DNA of 64,000 bases, taken from Limnochordia bacterium. GTDB lineage: Bacteria > Bacillota > Limnochordia > DTU080. Positions within the stretch are counted from its first letter, which is position 1. Every line of letters starts with the position of its first letter. The stretch spans positions 480,001-544,000 of the forward strand of contig JBMNJG010000007.1 of assembly GCA_050951545.1 (NCBI GenBank), written 5' to 3'. Both the position numbers and the translations under genes were made by a program. Of this stretch, positions 9,424 to 19,605 are shown one piece after another. A model generated the notes under the pieces. The model did not search any database. It had not been told where the DNA came from and worked only from the letters and a program-made list of their open reading frames with translations.

Positions 9424-10382
9424 TGATCACACGTGGCGTGGTCTTGAATCCAACGGACCTTTCTTTCTCGGATTGGCCTGCGCGGGCCAAGGAGGCGGGG
9501 CTCACAACGATTGCTCTACATCATTCGCGTGAGGTTTCTCACGTGAGTGATTTCATGCAGCGAGAGGAGGGGCAGGCCTTCTTGGCCACATGTAGGGAAC
9601 TCGGACTCGAGGTCGAGTATGAGCTGCATGCCATGAAAGACCTTTTGCCAAGGGACCTGTTCGACAAGGAGAAGAGCCTGTTTCGGATGGCTGATGACGG
9701 CGAGCGGGTTCCCGACTTCAACCTCTGCGTGCACTCAGAGCGGGCATTGCAGATTGCGGCTGAAAACGCTGTCGCTATCAGTCGTCTGCTTCGTCCCACC
9801 ACCGGGAGATATTTCCTGTGGGGTGACGACGGTAGGCCGTGGTGTCGCTGTCCCCAATGCCGACACCTGTCTGATAGCGACCAAGCTCTGATCGTGGCCA
9901 ATTTCCTACTCGATGCTCTAAGAAAGGACGACGCAAAGGCACAGATAGCTCACTTGGCCTATCTGAACATGCTTGCACCGCCACAGCAGATCAAGCCGCA
10001 AGAGGGCGTTTTCCTGGAGTACGCCCCCATCAGACGGCGCTACGACATCCCGTACTCCGAGCAAGTCGGGAGCGATTACGCCAATGCGCTAGAGCTGTTG
10101 GACGCCAATCTGGCACTCTTTGAGCGTTCAAGTGCTCAGGTGCTTGAGTACTGGCTCGACGCGAGCCTCTTCACGAGATCGCAGAAGCCTCGCTCAGCGA
10201 CTGTGGTCAAGGTCCCCTGGCGCCCGGAGGTGTTTCTCAGCGACGTGGGCTTGTATGCAGAGCGTGGAATCCGGCACATTACGAGCTTTGCCTGCATGAT
10301 CGACGCTAGCTATGTGACGTTACATGGGGAGCCACCACTTCACGAGTATGGAACTGGTCTCATACGAAGGGGAAATGCGTAG
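9423..10382 (+). CDS. DUF4838-like, glycoside-hydrolase-like hypothetical protein
   Basis: NLC.HS, WGDDGRPWCRCPQC and AHLAY motifs. Confidence 0.6.
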   Translation: MITRGVVLNPTDLSFSDWPARAKEAGLTTIALHHSREVSHVSDFMQREEGQAFLATCRELGLEVEYELHAMKDLLPRDLFDKEKSLFRMADDGERVPDFNLCVHSERALQIAAENAVAISRLLRPTTGRYFLWGDDGRPWCRCPQCRHLSDSDQALIVANFLLDALRKDDAKAQIAHLAYLNMLAPPQQIKPQEGVFLEYAPIRRRYDIPYSEQVGSDYANALELLDANLALFERSSAQVLEYWLDASLFTRSQKPRSATVVKVPWRPEVFLSDVGLYAERGIRHITSFACMIDASYVTLHGEPPLHEYGTGLIRRGNA

Positions 10383-10430
10383 TAGGCCGCCGACGTCCCG
10401 CATAGCGCGTAACACGGTTTGCTGGGGGAA

Positions 10431-10459
10431 GCTGACGGCCCCGTTACGGGGCCGTCAGT
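10431..10459. terminator. Hairpin between convergent genes
   Basis: CTGACGGCCCCG-TTA-CGGGGCCGTCAG perfect 12-bp stem. Confidence 0.7.
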
Positions 10460-10475
10460 TCATGGGTGGGTGAAG

Positions 10476-11777
10476 CTACTTCTTAGCGCTGCGTTGCAGG
10501 TCGTCGACGATCGCCTGCTTCTGGATGTGCAGCTGCTCGAGGAACTGCCTTGCTGGGATCTTGCCCAGAATGACGTCGTTGACGTTGACCGAGCGTGCAC
10601 TCAGTTCTTGCGGCACCGCACCGTACTCGGGGGGCGGCAGGTAGTTGAGCGCATCAAAGATCACTTGGTAGTTCTTATCCCTCAGATTGGCGATGCCAGC
10701 ATAGGCGGGTTGAGCAGAGGTGAGGGCTGGCACGGTACCCACCAAGGCCATCATGTCTTCCATGTTTCGCCTGTTGATGAAAAGGAACTTACACCATTCC
10801 CAGGCCTCGTTGAGGTGCTTTGTGGAGGCCATAATGTTCGGGCCGTAGCCACCAGCACCAGATGCAATGGGGCCTTTGGGACCTGCGGGGAGCAGCGTCA
10901 TATCCCAGTCCCAGGTTACATTGCTGAGGTAGGATCCAATGATTCCCGTAGCATCTACGATGTCGATGCCCGTTTTGCCAGTCCAGAAGAAGTAGTCGTC
11001 ATGCCTGGCCACGCGCATCCAGGGGATAGTACCCTCTTCCCACAGACGCGCCACATACGAGAGGCCTTGCTCTACCTCTGGCGTGTTCCACAGACTCTTG
11101 ATAGCCTGACCGTTGCTGTCGTACTCGTAGAATCTGCCGCCTGCTTGGGCTACAGCTCGTCGCCAGTAGGCGTAACCGCGATCTACACCAAACGTTTCGG
11201 GTATGCCATCGCCATCCACGTCGCGGGTAAGCTTCTTGCCTAACTGTAGAACCGCATCCCAGTTGTACTCGCTACCCAGCTTATCAGGGGGTGTTACACC
11301 AGCCTCGAGGAACATGGTGCGGTTGAAGAAGCCGACGACACTGGCGATACCCTGGGGTACCTCATGAAGCGCGCCTTTCTGATCGCTCATGGCCTTGATC
11401 AGCCCGGGGTTGAACTGCCCGAGGAGCCCGTCCCTTTTCAGCAGCGGAATGATATCGACATAGTAGTCGGAAAAGGCCAAATAGTCGAAGTCGGGGAGAT
11501 CGTGAATGTCGGGATCGGCACCACCAGCGAGCATGGTCTTGAACTTCTCTTGGTTGCCGACGATGATCTCAACGTCGATGTTGGTCAGTTTCTTGAACTC
11601 TGCCGCTTTCTCCTCAAGGTATCTGAGGAAGGCGTCACCGTGGTAGACGTATGTCAGGTGGGTGACACTTACTGCAGAGACTACGGAGGCCGCGATGCCG
11701 ATCAGGGCCAGTGCCAACACAATAATCAGAGCTTTGGAGAAGCGGCTCAAAGGAAACCCTCCTATCTGTGAATACAC
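10476..11777 (-). CDS. ABC transporter sugar-binding protein (family 1)
   Basis: Signal peptide; MLAGGADPDI, FFNRTMF, DVDGDG motif, LPAGPKG and EAWEWCKFL. Confidence 0.88.
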   Translation of the reverse strand: MYSQIGGFPLSRFSKALIIVLALALIGIAASVVSAVSVTHLTYVYHGDAFLRYLEEKAAEFKKLTNIDVEIIVGNQEKFKTMLAGGADPDIHDLPDFDYLAFSDYYVDIIPLLKRDGLLGQFNPGLIKAMSDQKGALHEVPQGIASVVGFFNRTMFLEAGVTPPDKLGSEYNWDAVLQLGKKLTRDVDGDGIPETFGVDRGYAYWRRAVAQAGGRFYEYDSNGQAIKSLWNTPEVEQGLSYVARLWEEGTIPWMRVARHDDYFFWTGKTGIDIVDATGIIGSYLSNVTWDWDMTLLPAGPKGPIASGAGGYGPNIMASTKHLNEAWEWCKFLFINRRNMEDMMALVGTVPALTSAQPAYAGIANLRDKNYQVIFDALNYLPPPEYGAVPQELSARSVNVNDVILGKIPARQFLEQLHIQKQAIVDDLQRSAKK

Positions 11778-11959
11778 GTGGTGACTTCCCAGAGGTGACA
11801 GGGGTAGGCTTCATGACGGCTTCGATCTGGATGGCTGGTTTGGCATCACCCCTTCAAGAAGCGATCGGCAAGACATGAGCACCTGAAGTATATTATGACG
11901 AAACACCTGAATTCCCTGCCGTATTGGAGGTATGGACGAAGGGGATCTACGGAGGGGAT

Positions 11960-13021
11960 CTATGGTAGGTTCATCACCGTCCCTGAGGCTGCTGACGCCA
12001 CCATGGACTCGAGGAGTCTGAGAGAATCTAGCACGCTCTCGGGGGTTACCGCCAAAGGGGCCCCGTGCAGCAAGGCTGCAGCGATATTCCGATAGTAGGC
12101 GAGGTAGTCCCCTGGAACGATCTGAAGCTTTGCTTCGGGAATATCGCTTTCGAAGTGGCAGCTCTCGTATGCGATGCAGGCCTGGTCACTGCCGGAGATG
12201 ACGACGTTGCGTTTGAGTTCAGCTTCCTGAGGGTCAAGGCCTTGGATGACAAGTGCGCCCTGCGAACCGCGTACGTACCAGCGTGGGCGATCAATCTTGG
12301 AGATACTGCCTACCTCCATGCGAAAACGCACACCCTCAGCAAAACGAATCCAGCACATTGCCGCACTCTCCACGTCAATTCCTGGCCAACGGTACTGGAA
12401 ATCGGCGTAAACCGAACGCATGTTACTGCCGAAGAGCTGTATGGCCTGGTCGAGCAGGTGCGCGCCCCAGTCACGAACGGCTCCACCTCCGTAGCGAGCC
12501 TGCATCCGCCAGGGCAAGTGGCTGCCAGCAGCAGGAGGTTTTCGGTAACCTACCACGCTCGATTCTATCACGTAGGGCTCGCCAAGCAGGCCCTGCTGCA
12601 GAACTGCTTTGACAGTGAGAAAGTCGCTATCCCAGCGCCGGTTGTGAAATACGCTGAGAAGGACGCTCGCTTGCTCAGCGGCTTTGACCATCGACTCCGC
12701 CTCGGCGACATTCAGGGCCATGATCTTGTCGACGACAACATGCTTACCCCTTCTGCAAGCTTGGATGGTTAGCGGAGCGTGTGTGGAATGGGGGGTGGAG
12801 ATCACCACCAGGTCGATGCGCTTGTCGGCCAGGAGAGCATCATAGTCATCGTAGATGCGGACGGCTGGAAAGTGTTGAAGTGCTTGCTGCTGGCGGTCGG
12901 GGTTTGTGCTTAGCACCGCCCTGATCTCCAAACCCTCTGTCTCACGGATAAGGGGCCCATGAAAGGCCCTGTTGCCAAAACCGTAGCCAATTAAGCCGAC
13001 CCCGACTGTTGCCATCACCAA
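11960..13021 (-). CDS. Gfo/Idh/MocA family oxidoreductase (IolW/YdgJ-like)
   Basis: GLIGYGFG Rossmann motif, GKHVVVDK, VFHNRRWDSDF and DWGAHLLDQ. Confidence 0.9.
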   Translation of the reverse strand: MVMATVGVGLIGYGFGNRAFHGPLIRETEGLEIRAVLSTNPDRQQQALQHFPAVRIYDDYDALLADKRIDLVVISTPHSTHAPLTIQACRRGKHVVVDKIMALNVAEAESMVKAAEQASVLLSVFHNRRWDSDFLTVKAVLQQGLLGEPYVIESSVVGYRKPPAAGSHLPWRMQARYGGGAVRDWGAHLLDQAIQLFGSNMRSVYADFQYRWPGIDVESAAMCWIRFAEGVRFRMEVGSISKIDRPRWYVRGSQGALVIQGLDPQEAELKRNVVISGSDQACIAYESCHFESDIPEAKLQIVPGDYLAYYRNIAAALLHGAPLAVTPESVLDSLRLLESMVASAASGTVMNLP

Positions 13022-13160
13022 TACCTCCTAAGTGTGTGATCACCTCTTGGTTTCACCTGTGAATGGTCGAAATCCTGGAAGTACGCCTGGAAACAAGGTC
13101 TAGCGCGCATGACGACGAAAGAGTTGCCCATGATAGCGATAGTTCAGCGGAGGTGGCACT

Positions 13161-14441
13161 ATGGAGTTTCGTCGATCGCTCGAGCTCTTTTCCGAGGCAC
13201 GCCAGATTATCCCGGGCGGAAGTCAGACCAATAGCAAGCGCCCGCAAGCGTTTGCCTACGGGGTTTACCCGATCTATATTGGTCGGGGTCGTGGGTGTCG
13301 TGTGGAAGATGTCGATGGAAACACTTATATCGATCTGGTTGGGGCACTTGGACCCATCAACCTTGGTTACTGTTATCCGGCTGTCAACAAGGCTATTGAG
13401 GAGCAGTTGAGTCGGGGAATCGTCTCTGGGTTGCTCTTTCGGGCAGAGCTAGAGGCGGCGCGTCTACTCACAGAGATTGTGCCCAGCGCTGAGATGGTCC
13501 GCTTCTTCAAGGGAGGCGGGGAGGCCACGGCAGCTGCGGCGCGCATCGCCCGCAAACACACCGGGCGTGAGCTCATCCTCAATTGTGGCTATCGAGGATG
13601 GCCGGACGTGTGGACTGCAGCCCGCAACGATGGCGGAGTGCCCACCGCCCTCGAATCGTCTATCCGTTCGTTTCCCTTTGGTGACATAGCTGCTCTAGAG
13701 CAGTTGTTCGCTACCAACAAAGACAACGTAGCCGCAGTGTTTCTGGACATTCTCGCCAGGGAACCAGAACCAGGGTACCTGCAGGCAGTGATCGATCTGG
13801 CCCATGCCAACGGGGCTCTTTTCGTAATGGATGAGATCGTATCTGGGTTCCGGGTGGCTACGGGTGGGGCCCAGGAATACTTCGGAGTCGTGCCAGATAT
13901 GGCGTGTTTCGCCAAAGGTATAGCCAACGGGATGCCTCTGAGTACTGTGGTCGGCAGAGCAGACGTCATGCGCCAGGCAGAGGATCTGCTTATCTCCATC
14001 ACCTATGGTGGAGAGGCACTCTCCCTGGCCGCAGCTGTGGCCACCATGCGTGAGCTACGTGAGAAAAAGGTAACTGACTATCTGTGGGATATTGGCCGTA
14101 CTCTCATGGATGGGTTAGACAATGCCGCCGTGAAAAATGGTGTGCCGTTTGAGTGCTACGGTATACCACCGATGAGCCTCATGCGCTTTCGGGATGTGGA
14201 TGCGCAGGGTAACCAGCTCGTCTGGGGTTACTTCTTACAGGAGATGGCGGCACGTGGCGTTCTTTTGAGGCGGGGTGGTGTCAACTTCGTGTCTTACAGT
14301 CATCGACCTGAAGACATTGCCGAGGTAGTCGCTGCAGCAGACCAGGTCTTTGCTGAGTTGGCAAAGCTGTGGGGAACACCGAAGCTTGCCGAGCACGTAC
14401 GCATCCAGGACGTCAAGCTTGGCTTTCGCAGTTTCGCTTAG
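13161..14441 (+). CDS. Class III aminotransferase (glutamate-1-semialdehyde aminomutase-like)
   Basis: DVDGNTYID, DEIVSGFR, GAQEYFGVVPD and FAKGIANGMPLS. Confidence 0.88.
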   Translation: MEFRRSLELFSEARQIIPGGSQTNSKRPQAFAYGVYPIYIGRGRGCRVEDVDGNTYIDLVGALGPINLGYCYPAVNKAIEEQLSRGIVSGLLFRAELEAARLLTEIVPSAEMVRFFKGGGEATAAAARIARKHTGRELILNCGYRGWPDVWTAARNDGGVPTALESSIRSFPFGDIAALEQLFATNKDNVAAVFLDILAREPEPGYLQAVIDLAHANGALFVMDEIVSGFRVATGGAQEYFGVVPDMACFAKGIANGMPLSTVVGRADVMRQAEDLLISITYGGEALSLAAAVATMRELREKKVTDYLWDIGRTLMDGLDNAAVKNGVPFECYGIPPMSLMRFRDVDAQGNQLVWGYFLQEMAARGVLLRRGGVNFVSYSHRPEDIAEVVAAADQVFAELAKLWGTPKLAEHVRIQDVKLGFRSFA

Positions 14442-14465
14442 TCCATCGCCCAATCTGTCTTAGGG

Positions 14466-16934
14466 GTGAGTCTACCATTGGTATATGAAGAGGTCGTACT
14501 TCAGAGCATCCCCAAGTCAGCTCTTGGCCTGTGTTGGTTGTGCGCGCTGACTCTGCTAGCTGTTTTCGCGACTCCCGTAGCAGCGACGGGTTGGCGATCC
14601 GAGCTATATCCCGCTGATTGGACTCCGGGCTTCGCAGACGCAGAGGGGCGCTTTCTGCAGGACTTCTCCTTTGCAGGCTACCATGCGGGGACGCGAGAGA
14701 TACCTGAGGGGGCTGTTGCCCCCGTCGTCGATGTCACACAACCTCCATACTCCGCTGACTTTTCTGGTCAGACGGATGCCACGCAGGCCGTTCAAGCCGC
14801 CATCGACACGGTGGGTGGGGCGGGCGGAGGCACAGTCTATCTGCCCCCGGGTACTTACCGGCTAAGCGCTCCATCTACACAAGCTTTTGCTCTAGGGATC
14901 CCCTACAGCAACGTGCGCCTACTGGGGGCCGGGTCAGAGCAGACGTATCTGCACCTGGACTGCCAGCAGATGCGGAATAAGGATGTCATTCGCGTTTATG
15001 GTGCGGGTGCCTGGCAGCACCCTGTGGGAGCTACGCAGGCGATTGCGGAACCACTGACGTATCCGACACAGATCATCCCGCTAAAGGGCAGGCCGCGTTT
15101 TGAAGTCGGGGATTGGGTGGTCATCACTCACGATACTACAGAAGCTTGGATCGCAGAGCACTACATGGACGATTTGTGGCCGCCAAGCTCGATTCCCGGG
15201 GCCACCTTCTACCGTCAGGTGTTGGCAGTGGACGACGAAAGAGCGACCATCACAGTTGATGCTCCCATTCGCTACTACCTACTACCGCGTGACAACGCCC
15301 GAGTGTACAAAGTAGGCCCTCATGTGGAAGAGGTCGGCATAGCGCACCTGGCCATCGGCATGACAGAGCACCCCGGACAAGGATGGGGTTCGTCAGATTA
15401 CGAGGTGGCTGGCACTGCGGCCTATGATATACACCATTCCCATGCCATTCGGTTCATCGGTGCCGTGAATTCCTGGGTGAATGACGTGCGCAGCTTCAAG
15501 CCGTCGGGTAATGAAAGAGTGCATCTGCTGTCTAACGGCATCCTGATCAGCCATAGTCGTTTTGTGACTATCCAGGGGGTCGATCTGCGGGAACCCCAGT
15601 ACCGGGGCGGTGGCGGTGAGGGCTACCATTTCACCTTAGCAGGCAACGATTCGCTCATTAAGAATTGCGCCGCCTACAACGGGCGGCACAACTACGACTT
15701 CAAGCAGGGCTACGCCAATGGTAACGTGATCACGCAGTGCTACGCCTATAGCCCCGACAGCCTCAATTCGGATTTCCACATGCATCTTTCACCCGCAAAT
15801 CTGATCGATCAGGTGGTGGTGGACCAGGACCGCTTTGACGCTGGCTGGCGCGGTTCATCGGGGACTACGCCTCATGGTCTTAGTACGACGCAGTCTGTTT
15901 TCTGGAATGTCCGGGGTGAAGCCTATAAGCATCGCTATCGGGCCATTGTCTACTCCGAACAGTATGGATGGGGGTATGTGATTGGCACTCAGGGAGCTGC
16001 AGATCAGGTCCAGCTGGGGCGAAACCCCCGTACCCTTCCCGAAGACTATGTCGAGGGTGTGGGGCGCGGCGAGAATTTGGATCCGCCATCTTTGTATGCA
16101 GATCAGCTGAGCCGAAGGCTGGCCCGAGACGAGATCATCCACTGCCCTGAGCTGGATTTTAGACCGCCGATGCCTAGAATCGCTATCCAGTATCCGCAGG
16201 CCAATGACAGAGTCATAGGTGACCTTTCTCTGCAGCTCACGGTGGATCCACCGCGCCAGGATACGAGCCTGACGAAAGTGACCCTCTTGCTTGATCAGGA
16301 TGTGCTCTTTACGGGAAGCGCATTGCCAGACGAGGGGCTGACCATCGATACCCGCCAACTTGAGGATGGCAGGCACACGCTGCGTGTTGAAGCCGTTTCC
16401 GAGGCCGGGCTCGCCGCCCGACAGAATGTAGCCTTCTCGGTAAGCAACAGATGGACCATGGTGGACCATCTCGATGCGCCGATTGAAATGTCTTGGTTTG
16501 GTGTGCTCTCTCGCGAGATGACGCTTGAGGCCTCGGATGGATGGGCCTACGACACGTCGCGGTCTCAAGATTTTGGTGATGACGAGAGTCGCCGTGTTCG
16601 TGATGTAGACAGCGAGGAGTATTTGGTCTGGAAGGCTACAGGACTAGAGACCTTTGCAGTGACCCTCTATTCCCAGACTACGTCAGCGGTTGACTTCGTG
16701 CGCTTAGAGGTTCTCGATGAGTCGGGTTGGCAGAAGCTTGACTTTGTCACGGAGGCCTCGGAGTCCTCAGAGAGTCCATGGTACCAGATTATCTTGACGG
16801 GTTCGGTTCCTCGGGCGACGGCCGTAGAGCGGTTGCGGCTTACTCTGCTATCCGGGGCCGGTGAAGGCCGCCGCATTCAACTGGGTGAGGTGAGGCTGTC
16901 AGGGTGGCGCACCTCACTCGATGATGGGTTGTGA
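14466..16934 (+). CDS. Secreted parallel beta-helix (pectate lyase superfamily) protein with C-terminal Ig-like and beta-sandwich domains
   Basis: Signal peptide; DFSFAGY and DATQAVQAAID..GGGTVYLPPGTY; Ig-like LEDGRHTLRVEA. Confidence 0.7.
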   Translation: MSLPLVYEEVVLQSIPKSALGLCWLCALTLLAVFATPVAATGWRSELYPADWTPGFADAEGRFLQDFSFAGYHAGTREIPEGAVAPVVDVTQPPYSADFSGQTDATQAVQAAIDTVGGAGGGTVYLPPGTYRLSAPSTQAFALGIPYSNVRLLGAGSEQTYLHLDCQQMRNKDVIRVYGAGAWQHPVGATQAIAEPLTYPTQIIPLKGRPRFEVGDWVVITHDTTEAWIAEHYMDDLWPPSSIPGATFYRQVLAVDDERATITVDAPIRYYLLPRDNARVYKVGPHVEEVGIAHLAIGMTEHPGQGWGSSDYEVAGTAAYDIHHSHAIRFIGAVNSWVNDVRSFKPSGNERVHLLSNGILISHSRFVTIQGVDLREPQYRGGGGEGYHFTLAGNDSLIKNCAAYNGRHNYDFKQGYANGNVITQCYAYSPDSLNSDFHMHLSPANLIDQVVVDQDRFDAGWRGSSGTTPHGLSTTQSVFWNVRGEAYKHRYRAIVYSEQYGWGYVIGTQGAADQVQLGRNPRTLPEDYVEGVGRGENLDPPSLYADQLSRRLARDEIIHCPELDFRPPMPRIAIQYPQANDRVIGDLSLQLTVDPPRQDTSLTKVTLLLDQDVLFTGSALPDEGLTIDTRQLEDGRHTLRVEAVSEAGLAARQNVAFSVSNRWTMVDHLDAPIEMSWFGVLSREMTLEASDGWAYDTSRSQDFGDDESRRVRDVDSEEYLVWKATGLETFAVTLYSQTTSAVDFVRLEVLDESGWQKLDFVTEASESSESPWYQIILTGSVPRATAVERLRLTLLSGAGEGRRIQLGEVRLSGWRTSLDDGL

Positions 16935-16947
16935 GGGGGACTCGCTA

Positions 16948-18132
16948 GTGAACACACAACACTGCTTTGATATCCAGCATTACGGGGCTTGTCCGGACGG
17001 CAACACGTTGAGCACTGTGGCTATCCAGAAGGCCATTGACGCCTGCCATGAGGCTGGTGGAGGGAGGGTCTTGTGTGGCCCAGGGGCTTTTCTGACCGGC
17101 TCGTTGGTTCTGAGGAGCAATGTTGAGTTGCACGTGATGGCCGGATGCAGACTCGTGGGCAGCACCTCGTTAGATGATTACGAGGTGCTGACAGCAGATG
17201 GCTTTAGAACTGAGAACGCTCCAGAGCGTAGTGCCCAGAGCCTCGTGCGAGCGGTCGATGCCGAGAATGTGGCCATTACGGGTCCGGGTGAGCTTGACGG
17301 ATCTGGCTTGGCATTTTATGGCACAGAGAGGGTCAGTGGCCGCTTTTTTGCCAAGCCCAGCACACCGCGGCCGCGTATCGTCATGTTCTACCGCTGCCGG
17401 AATGTCCGCTTCGAAGAGACGTCATTTGTAGACTCGCCATGCTGGACGATGTGGTTGATGAAGTGTGAGCAGGTCCGGATTCACCGGGTGCGCGTTATCG
17501 GTGACCAGAGAATGATCAACAATGACGGTATTGACTTGGACTCTTGTCGCGATGTCGTAGTCAGCGACTGCATTATCAAGACTGGGGATGACTGTCTTGT
17601 GCTACGGGCCTTGGGCCGGGTCTACGACGAGCCGGGTGTGTGCGAGAATGTGACGATCAGCAACTGCGTGCTCGATAGCTGGTGTCAAGCGGTACGTGTC
17701 GGTTGCCCGGGAGACAGTGTCATCCGCAACTGCACGCTAAGTGGTTTGGTGATCCACAGCGCAGCCAATGGGATCGTCTTTGACAACCCAAGGCGTTACC
17801 TGCCGGAAGGTAGCACCGGGAGAGCGGACGTCCACAACATTTCGTTCTCGAATGTCACTATCGATTGTGAGAGAGTACCCATTAAAGTGTCAGTGGAATC
17901 TGGTATCGAGTTGCCCAGGTTGGCTGCATTGAGTTTCTCAGACTTTCGGATACGAAGTGGTGAGCCGTGTCGAGTGGAAGGCAGCCCGGAGACGATTGTC
18001 CGTCATGTGAGTTTCAGCAACATGCAGATCGATACGTATGGCGAAGAGGCCATCGTCTGTCGTCATTGCGAGGGCATTCAGCTTAGGGGTGTGGTCTTGT
18101 CTAACCGGAGGCAAGAGGCGACGGGGGCTTGA
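16948..18132 (+). CDS. Glycoside hydrolase family 28
   Basis: AIQKAIDAC...GGGRV, SPCWT, NNDGID and TGDDC; GTG start after GAGGGGG. Confidence 0.88.
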   Translation: MNTQHCFDIQHYGACPDGNTLSTVAIQKAIDACHEAGGGRVLCGPGAFLTGSLVLRSNVELHVMAGCRLVGSTSLDDYEVLTADGFRTENAPERSAQSLVRAVDAENVAITGPGELDGSGLAFYGTERVSGRFFAKPSTPRPRIVMFYRCRNVRFEETSFVDSPCWTMWLMKCEQVRIHRVRVIGDQRMINNDGIDLDSCRDVVVSDCIIKTGDDCLVLRALGRVYDEPGVCENVTISNCVLDSWCQAVRVGCPGDSVIRNCTLSGLVIHSAANGIVFDNPRRYLPEGSTGRADVHNISFSNVTIDCERVPIKVSVESGIELPRLAALSFSDFRIRSGEPCRVEGSPETIVRHVSFSNMQIDTYGEEAIVCRHCEGIQLRGVVLSNRRQEATGA

Positions 18133-18156
18133 TGACAGATCCGTGGTGGTAGACGA

Positions 18157-18186
18157 GGAGGGGAGTGAGGTGTCTCGCCCCCCTCC
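18157..18186. terminator. Hairpin between convergent genes
   Basis: GGAGGGG-AGTGAG...CTCGC-CCCCTCC inverted repeat. Confidence 0.5.
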
Positions 18187-18211
18187 AATGGTGCAGATCT
18201 GGAGCATCCGG

Positions 18212-19582
18212 CTAGCGGTCGCCAGCCAACTCAGTAGCCATGCAGGCGATCTCTTCTGCTTCGTGGCGCAGGGGCTCCAAACGATCGCCAGTAAAACGAG
18301 AGATCCAGATATCTGGAACCAGGCCTGAGAAAGCTTGCTGTATGTTCTGAGCCTCAGTGTCCATTCGGGCTACCAGGGCCCCTAGGCTCTTCGCCCATTT
18401 GGCATACAGCACTGGCTCGATACGGGCAGGATCCAGTGTGGCGCAGGCCATGTTCTGGCGAGTGCGGCGGATGTTATCCCACGCGGAGTGCTTGAGGCGA
18501 GAGAACGCTGCTACACTCTGGTAGCACGCCTGGAAGCGCTCGTACTCTCCTACTGATTTCAGGAATTCTCGACAGCCATCGATGCCCTCTTGCGGTGCTG
18601 CACCATCATGTAGGACAGCCGCACTGAGCACCAGCACGTCAAGGGCCGCATCAATCGGTTCCACCTGCGTGATCATGGTGTTGTAGCGGCTCCAGGCGGT
18701 GGAGATGACGCCTTTCATCTCAAACCGCTGGGCTATCTCAGTCCAGGCCAGCATGTTCCTGAGGCGGTTCTCCACAACCGGTAGCTCGCTGTCGTTTCCA
18801 TCGGCGCCTTTGTAGGCGGTGCCAGCCCACATGCTGACGCCATGATCTTGGAAACGCTCGATATTGGCCGTATGGTAGTGGGCTCTCGGATTTGCGGTGT
18901 CGGGATGCCCCTGGTAGCCCCAGACACACAGATCTGCCTTCTCCCGGATGTTATGTAGTGAAGCTGCATCCCATTGGGTCATCATATCGTGCCAGAGAAT
19001 TGGCCGGACGCCTCGGGCGAGAAGGTTGTCAAGCAGAGGCTCTACGTGGTGCATATACAGGGCGCCTTTGCCATGCTCTTCGATGAACGCTTTCGTGTCG
19101 GGGTGCGAGCCAAAGGTCCAGGCCTCGTCGCCACCCAAGTGGAAATGTTTGGCATCGGGTAGTAGCGCGAGCACATCATCAACCATTTCTTGCACGAGTT
19201 CGCGGGCTCCTGCTGCCAGCGGGTTAAGCACATCGTAGTGGTCGGGCAACTCACGCAGATGGGCGTACTCCGGGAACTTGAGGGGCGTCTGCATGTGTCC
19301 GAGACACTGTACCAGAGGGATGATCTCTATGCCGAGCACCTTGGCCTTTTCCCGGAAGTGGACGATGTCGTCGGGGCTATAGGCAGTCTCGCACCGAAAG
19401 CGGGTATCGCAAGTCCAGGGAAACATGTCTTCCCATTCAACGAGTACCGCATTGTAGCGGGCTGCAGCCAACAGGTCAAGCAGGCTGAGCAGGCGTTCAT
19501 TCGTTGGTGGCAGGCCTTTCAGGTCAAGGTGTAGACAACGCACAGGAACGACGGGTTGAGACGATCGGAAAAGGTCAGACAA
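18212..19582 (-). CDS. GH20 hexosaminidase (HexD-like)
   Basis: HLDLKG, EWEDMFP, PLVQCLGH and catalytic HLGGDEAW; TTG start after AAAGGAGG. Confidence 0.88.
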   Translation of the reverse strand: MSDLFRSSQPVVPVRCLHLDLKGLPPTNERLLSLLDLLAAARYNAVLVEWEDMFPWTCDTRFRCETAYSPDDIVHFREKAKVLGIEIIPLVQCLGHMQTPLKFPEYAHLRELPDHYDVLNPLAAGARELVQEMVDDVLALLPDAKHFHLGGDEAWTFGSHPDTKAFIEEHGKGALYMHHVEPLLDNLLARGVRPILWHDMMTQWDAASLHNIREKADLCVWGYQGHPDTANPRAHYHTANIERFQDHGVSMWAGTAYKGADGNDSELPVVENRLRNMLAWTEIAQRFEMKGVISTAWSRYNTMITQVEPIDAALDVLVLSAAVLHDGAAPQEGIDGCREFLKSVGEYERFQACYQSVAAFSRLKHSAWDNIRRTRQNMACATLDPARIEPVLYAKWAKSLGALVARMDTEAQNIQQAFSGLVPDIWISRFTGDRLEPLRHEAEEIACMATELAGDR

Positions 19583-19605
19583 GTCAATGCCTCCTTTTTC
19601 AGTTC

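Noticed and set aside
13161-14441. Calling the class III aminotransferase hemL
   Set aside because: No hem gene context and the sequence is divergent; left at family level.
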